Part shown: positions 23,831-32,000 of the stretch, in pieces
Layout of the letters: each line of letters starts with the position of its first letter
How positions within the stretch are numbered: position 1 is the stretch's first letter
NCBI RefSeq assembly: GCF_003010495.1
Contig: NZ_CP027570.1
Location: 2,010,001-2,042,000 of the forward strand
Direction: 5' to 3'
DNA from: Megasphaera elsdenii DSM 20460
Lineage (GTDB): Bacteria > Bacillota > Negativicutes > Veillonellales > Megasphaeraceae
DNA length: 32,000 nucleotides
The notes under the pieces: model-generated
Told to the model about the DNA's origin: nothing
What the model saw: only the letters and a program-made list of their open reading frames with translations
Databases searched by the model: none
Translations under genes and position numbers: made by a program

Positions 23831-24199
23831 ATGGAAGAGTTCTATGCATATGTAAAGGCAACAATATACAAACTCATTGGTTTTACATGTATCGTCGCAG
23901 CCGTCCTTTTTGCCGGCGGCTGGTGGCAGTACATGAGTGGCTGGTGTATCGGCAGCGGCTTGAACATCGTTTATTTCTTCATGCTCAGCAGCCGTTCGGT
24001 ACGAGCCTTAAAATTGCCGCCCCCGCAGGCGGCGTCATTCATCCGCGGCGGTGCCGTGTTCCGGCTGGTCTTCATCTGCCTGGCCGTCATCGTCATCCTG
24101 CAGTTCCCGTCCATCTCCCTGGGGGCTGCCGTGGCCGGTATCTTTTCGTACCGCGTCCTCGTCTTTGCAGATGTATTGACTGCACGTCTCAGACGGTAA
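23831..24199 (+). CDS. atpI: ATP synthase protein I
   Basis: 122-aa polytopic membrane protein immediately upstream of atpB. GGAGG SD. Confidence 0.75.
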   Translation: MEEFYAYVKATIYKLIGFTCIVAAVLFAGGWWQYMSGWCIGSGLNIVYFFMLSSRSVRALKLPPPQAASFIRGGAVFRLVFICLAVIVILQFPSISLGAAVAGIFSYRVLVFADVLTARLRR

Positions 24200-24218
24200 A
24201 GGAAAGGAGGTATTGCGT

Positions 24219-24890
24219 ATGGAATTACATGCAGGGCATCATATGGTCGTTCAGCTCCTGGGTCTGAATGTCAACCTGGATACGCTCATGATGACCTGGC
24301 TGGTCGCAGCTTTGGTCATCATCGTCACTGTCGCTGCGACAAGGGGCCGGTCCCTCGTCCCGTCAGGACTTCAGAACGCCATGGAAATCGTCATCGAAGC
24401 ATTGCTCGACCAGTTCAAGGAAACCTTAGGGCCGAAATACGGTCAGGTCGTCTCGGTCTTGCTGACGATGTTCCTGTTCATCCTCTTCGCTAACGAATTG
24501 GGCATGCTGCCGAATCCGCATGTCCTGGCTTCGCCGACGAATGACTTGAATACGACTGTCGCCCTGGCACTGGTTTCTTCCTTTATGGTCCATTTCATGG
24601 CCTTGAAGAACCAGGGGTTCAAAAAGCATTTCAAGCACTTCTTCAAGCCCTTTGCGCCGTTTGTCATCATCAATCTGATGGAAGAAATCACCAAGCCCTT
24701 GACCTTGGCCTTCCGTCTCTTTGGCAACATCCTGGCCGGGGAAATCCTCTTGGAAGTCCTGTACTTCCTCGTGCCTGTCGCCGTCCCGATGATCTGGCTC
24801 CTGTTCAGCTTCGTCATCGGCCTCATCCAGGCATTCATCTTCACCATTCTGACTACATCGTATCTGGCACCGTCCTTTACGGAAGAATAA
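24219..24890 (+). CDS. atpB: F0F1 ATP synthase subunit a
   Basis: LTLAFRLFGNILAGE contains the conserved Arg motif. GGAGG lies 8 nt upstream of ATG 24219. Confidence 0.93.
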   Translation: MELHAGHHMVVQLLGLNVNLDTLMMTWLVAALVIIVTVAATRGRSLVPSGLQNAMEIVIEALLDQFKETLGPKYGQVVSVLLTMFLFILFANELGMLPNPHVLASPTNDLNTTVALALVSSFMVHFMALKNQGFKKHFKHFFKPFAPFVIINLMEEITKPLTLAFRLFGNILAGEILLEVLYFLVPVAVPMIWLLFSFVIGLIQAFIFTILTTSYLAPSFTEE

Positions 24891-24932
24891 TGAAAGCTCA
24901 GATACTGGTTACAACTTAGGAGGTTATTTACT

Positions 24933-25190
24933 ATGGAAAAAGCTCTCGTATTGGCATTATCTGCATTTGGTGCATGCTTAGGTATTGGTTTGGCAGCCCT
25001 CGGCGCTGCTATCGGTGACGGCCACGCTGCTTCGAAGATGCTCGAAGGTACAGCCCGTCAGCCGGAAATGGGCGGCAAGCTCCTCGTAAACATGCTTATC
25101 TCCATCGGCCTGATCGAATCCATGCCGATTATCGCAGCTGTCATCGCTATCGTATTGGTCTTCGCCAATCCGTTCGTCAGCCTGCTCTAA
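24933..25190 (+). CDS. atpE: F0F1 ATP synthase subunit c
   Basis: Hairpin of two TM helices, ARQPE loop, conserved carboxylate in IGLIESMPI. Confidence 0.93.
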   Translation: MEKALVLALSAFGACLGIGLAALGAAIGDGHAASKMLEGTARQPEMGGKLLVNMLISIGLIESMPIIAAVIAIVLVFANPFVSLL

Positions 25191-25228
25191 TCCGAGGATT
25201 CTAATCTACAGCCGGGGAGGGAAGTACA

Positions 25229-25726
25229 TTGGTTAGTATTAATGGTACCTTGCTGTTCCAGTTCATCAACTTCTTCGTATTAGTTGCCATTTTGGCAAAG
25301 TTCGCCTATAAACCGCTGCTCAAAGTCCTGGAAGACCGCCGCAACAAGATTGCGTCGGACCTCGACAACGCAGCCAAAGCCCGGGAAACGGCTGAAAAGA
25401 TGAAAGCCGATTATGAAGCCCAGATCCGCGATGCCCGTGCAGAAGCCCAGGCCATTGTCGACAAAGCTGTCAAGCAGGCCGACAAGGAAGCCCAGGCCCA
25501 GCTGGAAGCCATCCGCGCCCAGATCGCCCGGGAAAAACAGATCGCCCAGACGGAAATCGCCAACGAACGGGAAGCGGCTATCCGGGAAATGCGTAATGAA
25601 GTAGTCACACTGTCTATGGCTGTGGCAGAAAAACTGCTCCAGAAAAACATGGATCCTGACATGAACGCAAAACTGGTAGCCGATTGTATCGACCAGCTCC
25701 AGACGCACCGCGTAAAGGGGAACTGA
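25229..25726 (+). CDS. atpF: F0F1 ATP synthase subunit b
   Basis: N-terminal TM followed by a long A/E/K/Q-rich helix; position in the operon. TTG start with a GGGGAGGG SD. Confidence 0.88.
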   Translation: MVSINGTLLFQFINFFVLVAILAKFAYKPLLKVLEDRRNKIASDLDNAAKARETAEKMKADYEAQIRDARAEAQAIVDKAVKQADKEAQAQLEAIRAQIAREKQIAQTEIANEREAAIREMRNEVVTLSMAVAEKLLQKNMDPDMNAKLVADCIDQLQTHRVKGN

Positions 25727-25730
25727 TCTT

Positions 25731-26297
25731 ATGATACCCGAAACGATCTACAGCAAATACAGCCAGGCGATGTTCGACATCGCCAGCGAACAGAAGAAGC
25801 TTACTGAGTTCGGAACAGAACTGAAAGGCGTGCGGGACACGTTCCAGGAAAATCCCGATTTGTGGAAATTCCTGAATCATCCCCTCGTACCGCCGCAGTC
25901 TAAAAAAGACACACTTGCAAAGATTTTCAAAGACAGCCTGTCGCCGATCGTCCTGCAGTTCATGTACGTCATGATCGACCGGCGCCGCGAAGCGGCCCTG
26001 TTGCTTGCCATCGACGGGTTCATCGATTTGGCCCGCAAGGCCCAGCACATCGAAGTGGCCAAGATCCGCGTCGTCAAACCGCTGTCCAAGAAAGAAGAAA
26101 CAAAATTAGTTGCCAGCCTGGAAGCCATGACGGGGCAGCACATCGAACCGCTGTACTACGTCGACCCGTCGCTCATCGGCGGCATGGTCATCCAGATCGG
26201 CGACAAATTAATAGACGGCAGCCTCCGGCGGCAGCTGCGCGATATGCAGCATAAACTGCTCCAGGCTGACGTGACGAATGGGGTGACGGACGAATAA
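25731..26297 (+). CDS. atpH: F0F1 ATP synthase subunit delta
   Basis: Operon position. C-terminal [25 protein letters not shown] is an OSCP/delta motif. Confidence 0.9.
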   Translation: MIPETIYSKYSQAMFDIASEQKKLTEFGTELKGVRDTFQENPDLWKFLNHPLVPPQSKKDTLAKIFKDSLSPIVLQFMYVMIDRRREAALLLAIDGFIDLARKAQHIEVAKIRVVKPLSKKEETKLVASLEAMTGQHIEPLYYVDPSLIGGMVIQIGDKLIDGSLRRQLRDMQHKLLQADVTNGVTDE

Positions 26298-27832
26298 TGA
26301 AAATGAAGCCAGAAGAAATAACGGCTATAATCAAGAAACAAATCGAAGATTATAATGTGGAAATGAACGTCGACGATGTCGGCACCGTTCTGGAAGTCGG
26401 GGACGGCATTGCCCACATTTACGGTTTGGACAAAGCCATGTCCGGGGAACTGCTGGAACTGCCGCACGGCGTTTACGGCATGGCCCTGAACCTGGAAGAA
26501 GACAACGTCGGCGCCGTATTGCTCGGCGATGACGCCCTCATCAAGGAAGGCGACACGGTCCGCCGTACAGGCCGCGTCATGCGTGTCCCTGTTGGTGAAG
26601 CCATGATCGGCCGCGTTGTCAACCCCTTGGGTATGCCTATCGACGGCAAAGGGGAAATCAAGACCAAAGAATCGCGCCTGATTGAAGTCAAGGCCTTCGG
26701 CATCGCTGACCGCCAGCCGGTCAAGGTACCGCTCCAGACAGGCCTCAAGGCTATCGACTCCATGGTCCCTATCGGCCGTGGCCAGCGTGAACTCATCATC
26801 GGTGACCGTGGTACCGGCAAGACGGCCATCGCCATCGATACGATTCTGAACCAGAAGGATACGGGCGTCATCTGCGTCTACGTCGCTATCGGCCAGAAAG
26901 CTTCGACCGTAGCCCGTGTCGTCCGCACGTTGGAAGAAAACGGCGCCATGGCCTATACCATCGTCGTCGCCGCTACGGCTTCCGACGGCGCACCGCTCCA
27001 GTACCTGGCTCCGTATTCCGGCGTTTCCATGGCCGAATACTTCATGCTCCAGGGCAAGGACTGCCTCTGCGTCTACGATGACTTGTCCAAACACGCTCAG
27101 GCTTACCGTGCCATGAGTCTGCTCCTCCGTCGTCCGCCAGGACGTGAAGCTTATCCGGGCGACGTATTCTACTTACATTCCCGTCTCCTCGAACGAGCTG
27201 CTAAATTGTCGGATGAACTCGGCGGCGGTTCGATTACGGCCTTGCCGATCATCGAAACCCTGGCCGGTGACTTGTCGGCTTATATCCCGACCAACGTCAT
27301 TTCCATCACAGACGGCCAGATCTTCTTGGAAACAGAAGCCTTCAACTCCGGGATCCGCCCGGCTATCAACGTCGGCCTCTCCGTATCCCGTGTCGGCGGG
27401 TCTGCCCAGATCAAGGCCATGAAGAAGATTGCCGGTACGCTCCGCCTGAGCCTGGCTCAGTACCGTGAACTGGCTGCTTTCGCTCAGTTCGGTTCCGACT
27501 TGGATAAGAGCACGAAAGCCCAGATCGACGCCGGTGAACGGACGATGCAGCTCCTCATTCAGCCGCAGTACCATCCCATGCCTGTCGAAGACCAGGTCAT
27601 GCAGATTTATTTGGCCGTCAAGAACTACCTCATGCCCGTCCAGGTTGAGGAAGTCTCGCAGTTTGCAGACGGTTTCATTAAATTCATGCACAGCAACTAT
27701 CCCGAAGTCGGCGAAAGCATCAAGTCGACGAAGGAACTCGGCAAAGATGCAGAAGCAACGCTTCAGAAAGCCATCGCTGAATACACTAAGCAGTACGGCG
27801 CTTCTCACGAACTGATCAAAGAGGAGGAATAA
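26297..27832 (+). CDS. atpA: F0F1 ATP synthase subunit alpha
   Basis: Walker A GDRGTGKT; RELIIGDR; [26 protein letters not shown] overlap with atpH. Confidence 0.97.
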   Translation: MKMKPEEITAIIKKQIEDYNVEMNVDDVGTVLEVGDGIAHIYGLDKAMSGELLELPHGVYGMALNLEEDNVGAVLLGDDALIKEGDTVRRTGRVMRVPVGEAMIGRVVNPLGMPIDGKGEIKTKESRLIEVKAFGIADRQPVKVPLQTGLKAIDSMVPIGRGQRELIIGDRGTGKTAIAIDTILNQKDTGVICVYVAIGQKASTVARVVRTLEENGAMAYTIVVAATASDGAPLQYLAPYSGVSMAEYFMLQGKDCLCVYDDLSKHAQAYRAMSLLLRRPPGREAYPGDVFYLHSRLLERAAKLSDELGGGSITALPIIETLAGDLSAYIPTNVISITDGQIFLETEAFNSGIRPAINVGLSVSRVGGSAQIKAMKKIAGTLRLSLAQYRELAAFAQFGSDLDKSTKAQIDAGERTMQLLIQPQYHPMPVEDQVMQIYLAVKNYLMPVQVEEVSQFADGFIKFMHSNYPEVGESIKSTKELGKDAEATLQKAIAEYTKQYGASHELIKEEE

Positions 27833-27835
27833 GCT

Positions 27836-28699
27836 ATGCCGAGTGCACGCGAAATAAACAGACGTATTAAATCCGTCACCAATACCCAGCAGATCACTAA
27901 GGCCATGAAGATGGTTTCTTCCGTGCGACTGCGCCGTGCACAGGATCGGGCACTGGCTACCGCCCCGTATACCGAAAAGATGGAAGGCATGCTGCAGCGT
28001 CTGTCTGCGGCTTCGCCTGACGCTGGCAATCCCTTGTTCACGCCGCATGACGAAGTCAAGAAGACTTGCTACATCGTCATCGGTTCCGACAAAGGCCTGG
28101 CTGGCGCCTTCAATTCCAATGTCAACAAGGCCATGGTCTCGGTCCTCAAGGACAAGCCCCGCGACGCATCGATGCTTCTCGTCGCCGGCCGCAAGCCCAT
28201 TGAGTACCTCAAGCACTTGCACCTGGTGCCGGAAAAGAAGTGGTCCGGTTTTTCGGATAAGCCCCAGTTCAGCCACGCCCAGCAGATTGCCCACTTGGCG
28301 ACGCAGAAATTCCTGGCTGGCGAAGTCGATGAAGTCTACGTCATTTATACGCACTTCAAATCGGCCTTGTCCCAGGACACGAAAATCGTCAAGATGCTGC
28401 CCATTTCCCAGCAGGAAGGCCAGCAAGAATCCGGCCCGCGGGAAGAATATCTCTTCGCGCCAGATGCCAAGCTCGTCCTCGATGCCCTGCTGCCGCAGTA
28501 TCTGGATCTGTTCATTTACAACAGCCTCCTTCAGTCCGCTGCCAGTGAACTCGGTGCCCGCATGACGGCCATGACGTCGGCTACGGACAACGCAGGCGAA
28601 CTGATCGATAAACTGACTGTTACGTACAATAAAGTCCGTCAGGCTGGTATCACCAACGAATTGACGGAAATTGTCAGCGGCGCCAACGCATTGCAGTAA
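27836..28699 (+). CDS. atpG: F0F1 ATP synthase subunit gamma
   Basis: REINRRIKSVTNTQQITKAMKMVS at the N-terminus. ARMTAMTSATDNAGELI...NKVRQAGITNELTEIVSGA at the C-terminus. Confidence 0.96.
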   Translation: MPSAREINRRIKSVTNTQQITKAMKMVSSVRLRRAQDRALATAPYTEKMEGMLQRLSAASPDAGNPLFTPHDEVKKTCYIVIGSDKGLAGAFNSNVNKAMVSVLKDKPRDASMLLVAGRKPIEYLKHLHLVPEKKWSGFSDKPQFSHAQQIAHLATQKFLAGEVDEVYVIYTHFKSALSQDTKIVKMLPISQQEGQQESGPREEYLFAPDAKLVLDALLPQYLDLFIYNSLLQSAASELGARMTAMTSATDNAGELIDKLTVTYNKVRQAGITNELTEIVSGANALQ

Positions 28700-30160
<1,461 letters not shown>

Positions 30161-30163
30161 TCT

Positions 30164-30586
30164 ATGGCAGAAGCAGGAAAGACACTCCATCTGGAAGTCA
30201 TTACACCCGATGCTGCCGTACTCCATGAAGACGTGGATTTCGTCCTCGTCCGCGCCCTGGACGGTGACCTGGGCATCATGCCCAACCATGCGCCGCTCAT
30301 CGCGTCCCTGTCGATCTGGCCCTTGTGCTATGACAAAGGCGGAAAGCGCCAGTACGTCACCGTAGCGTCGGGATTCCTGGAAGTCCATGACAATACGGTC
30401 ACGGTCATCACGCCGGCTTCGGAAAAACCGGAGGACATCGACGTAGACCGTGCCAAATCGGCGGAAAAACGCGCCGAAGACCGCCTGGCTGCACACGCTG
30501 CCGACATCGACACGGCCCGCGCCGAAGCGGCCCTGCAAAGAGCCCTGCGCCGCCTGGATGTCGCCGAAAAATACGGCAAGCAATAA
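30164..30586 (+). CDS. atpC: F0F1 ATP synthase subunit epsilon
   Basis: LHLEVITPD...GDLGIMPNHAPLI is an epsilon N-terminal beta-sandwich motif; last gene of the operon. Confidence 0.93.
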   Translation: MAEAGKTLHLEVITPDAAVLHEDVDFVLVRALDGDLGIMPNHAPLIASLSIWPLCYDKGGKRQYVTVASGFLEVHDNTVTVITPASEKPEDIDVDRAKSAEKRAEDRLAAHAADIDTARAEAALQRALRRLDVAEKYGKQ

Positions 30587-30591
30587 AGTCA

Positions 30592-30672
30592 GGTTTGATG
30601 TTGAAAGTTTGATGTTTGATGAAGAATGTTTTAAATTTAAAAGCCCTCACGTCAAACATCATACATCAAACC
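30592..30672. repeat. Compound palindromic intergenic repeat built from GTTTGATGT units (copy B)
   Basis: Outer perfect 10-bp stem GGTTTGATGT (30592-30601) / ACATCAAACC (30663-30672). Inner perfect 10-bp stem TGATGTTTGA (30610-30619) / TCAAACATCA (30652-30661). It starts 6 nt after the atpC stop. Confidence 0.75.
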
Positions 30673-30673
30673 T

Positions 30674-30707
30674 AAAAAGGAGCTGTCTCTTAAGACGGCT
30701 CCTTTTT
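30674..30707 (+). terminator. Rho-independent terminator of the atp operon
   Basis: AAAAA-AGGAGCTGTCT-ctta-AGACGGCTCCT-TTTTT (one G-U). The 5' half is almost identical to the terminator at 16047-16083. Confidence 0.85.
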
Positions 30708-30708
30708 A

Positions 30709-30737
30709 TTGACTTTTTCCTCTATCTCTGCTATGAT
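30709..30737 (+). promoter_or_regulatory. Promoter of the glyQS leader
   Basis: TTGACT (30709-30714), 17-nt spacer, TATGAT (30732-30737), with TG at 30729-30730 (extended -10). Confidence 0.65.
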
Positions 30738-30744
30738 AGGGGAC

Positions 30745-30968
30745 GTACAAATACATAGGCGATGCAGGAGAGTAAGTACGTATCATCCTCAGCGAAGCAG
30801 GGACAGTGTGAGCCTGCTGCCGATGCGGAAGGCGCTCTGAAGGCCGCGGCCGGAAGTCTTTTGATGTGTATGGCCGGTGAATCAAGCGGGTCTTTCGACC
30901 AACCAGGGTGGAACCGCGGGTAAGTATACTCGTCCCTGTAACATGTCATGTGTTACAGGGACTTTTTT
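30745..30968 (+). promoter_or_regulatory. T-box riboswitch leader (glycine specifier GGC) controlling glyQS
   Basis: Stem I elements GCGATGCAGGAGAGTAAGTA, AGCGA and GTGTGAGCC. GAAGGCG carries GGC at 30831-30833. T-box sequence AACCAGGGTGGAACCGCGGG at 30901-30920. Terminator CCCTGTAACA (30934-30943) / TGTTACAGGG (30951-30960) followed by T6. Confidence 0.9.
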
Positions 30969-30987
30969 GTATTTAGGAGGGAACAAG

Positions 30988-31866
30988 ATGAATTTTCAAG
31001 ACATGATATTTGCATTGAAGAGCTTTTGGTCTTCTCAGGGCTGTATCATCTATGAACCGTATGATGTAGAAAAAGGGGCAGGGACCATGAACCCGGCTAC
31101 GTTCCTGCGCACGCTCGGACCGGAACCGTGGCATGTCGCTTACGTCGAACCGTCGCGCCGCCCGGCTGACGGCCGTTATGGTGACAACCCGAACCGCCTG
31201 TACCAGCATCATCAGTTCCAGGTCATTTGCAAACCGTCGCCGGACAACATCCAGGAACTCTATTTGAAGAGTTTGGAAACACTGGGCATCAACCCGGCCG
31301 AACACGACATCCGCTTCGTCGAAGATAACTGGGAATCGCCGACCCTCGGCGCCTGGGGCCTGGGCTGGGAAGTCTGGCTCGACGGCATGGAAGTCACGCA
31401 GTTCACCTATTTCCAGCAGGTCGGCGGCATCGACGTCGCTCCGGTCTCGTCGGAAATCACATACGGCATGGAACGCCTGGCTATGTACATCCAGGGCGTC
31501 GAAAATGTCTATGACCTCAAATGGAATGAAGACGTCACCTACGGCGATATCTTCCATCAGAACGAAGTCGAACAGTCGACGTATGCTTTTGAATTGAGCA
31601 ATGCCGACCTCTTGTTCCACCTCTTCGATGAATACGAAAAAGAAGCGATGCGGGTCATCAAAGCCGGCTTCGTCCTTCCGGCTTATGACTACGTATTGAA
31701 ATGCTCGCACACGTTCAACCTCCTCGACGCCCGCGGCGCCATCAGCGTCAGCGAACGAGCTGCTTTCATCGGCCGCGTCCGCAACATGGCCCGGGCCTGC
31801 GCCAAAGCGTACTTGGAACAGCGTGAAAAATTAGGCTTCCCGATGCTTAACAAGGAGGAAAAATAA
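30988..31866 (+). CDS. glyQ: Glycine--tRNA ligase alpha subunit
   Basis: [41 protein letters not shown]... is highly characteristic. GGAGGG SD. The ORF-track start at 30877 lies inside the T-box leader and is rejected. Confidence 0.96.
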   Translation: MNFQDMIFALKSFWSSQGCIIYEPYDVEKGAGTMNPATFLRTLGPEPWHVAYVEPSRRPADGRYGDNPNRLYQHHQFQVICKPSPDNIQELYLKSLETLGINPAEHDIRFVEDNWESPTLGAWGLGWEVWLDGMEVTQFTYFQQVGGIDVAPVSSEITYGMERLAMYIQGVENVYDLKWNEDVTYGDIFHQNEVEQSTYAFELSNADLLFHLFDEYEKEAMRVIKAGFVLPAYDYVLKCSHTFNLLDARGAISVSERAAFIGRVRNMARACAKAYLEQREKLGFPMLNKEEK

Positions 31867-31867
31867 G

Positions 31868-32000
31868 ATGAGCAAAGATTTGTTACTTGAAATCGGTACT
31901 GAAGAAATCCCGGCTCATTATATGCCGAGTATCCTGTCCCAGGTCAAGGACCTGGCCGGGAAATCCTTTGGCGAAGCCCATATCGCCTACGAATCGATCC
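31868..32000 (+). CDS. glyS: Glycine--tRNA ligase beta subunit (5' fragment, continues beyond the window)
   Basis: MSKDLLLEIGTEEIPAHYMPS... is the typical GlyS N-terminus. The ATG lies 1 nt after the glyQ stop. Confidence 0.9.
   Translation, partial: MSKDLLLEIGTEEIPAHYMPSILSQVKDLAGKSFGEAHIAYESI

Overview
The window is a junction between two kinds of DNA. (A) Positions 1 to about 10.1-10.2 kb are the AT-rich end of a prophage or phage-like element (19/60 GC in the single line 1021-1080). It carries a giant ORF of at least 1504 aa that looks like a polyvalent or ejection-type protein and is open at the window edge. After it come a four-gene lysis cassette (a TM plus coiled-coil protein, a two-TMD holin-like protein, a GH25 muramidase, and a signal/coiled-coil/C-terminal-TMD protein), a phage-encoded DnaE-type Pol III alpha, a separate OB-fold ORF, and a convergent XRE-family HTH gene with a small unlisted ORF behind it. 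(B) From about 10.25 kb to the end is GC-rich chromosomal DNA (35/60 GC in line 10381-10440) with Firmicute-style housekeeping synteny. The genes are lepA-hemW, rpsU-yqeY, a large type III-like glutamine synthetase, a small beta-barrel outer-membrane protein, xth, pgm, an ACT(UPF0237)-UPF0210 pair, a WecA/TagO-like transferase, a UDP-GlcNAc 2-epimerase, the complete F1Fo operon atpZ-atpI-atpBEFHAGDC, and a Gly T-box leader followed by glyQ and the start of glyS. Firmicute gene order combined with a classic OMP (signal peptide, C-terminal Phe) suggests a diderm Firmicute (Negativicutes-like) host; this is inference only. The strongest leads are in the phage part: (1) a single in-frame UGA, followed 9 nt later by a hairpin, separates the DnaE core from its OB-fold domain; (2) the GH25 endolysin has no canonical start codon (SD plus ATC, or a -1 slip from the upstream membrane ORF); (3) the lysis cassette has spanin-like candidates suited to a diderm Firmicute envelope, one of them open in two frames; (4) an RBS-preceded +1-frame ORF sits in a GC-rich island inside the giant gene. 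Host-side leads are a dispersed palindromic repeat family built from GTTTGATGT units, a terminator/antiterminator leader in front of the glutamine synthetase gene, and a T-box-core-like fragment in the pgm leader. All family assignments come from motif recognition by eye. No searches were run.
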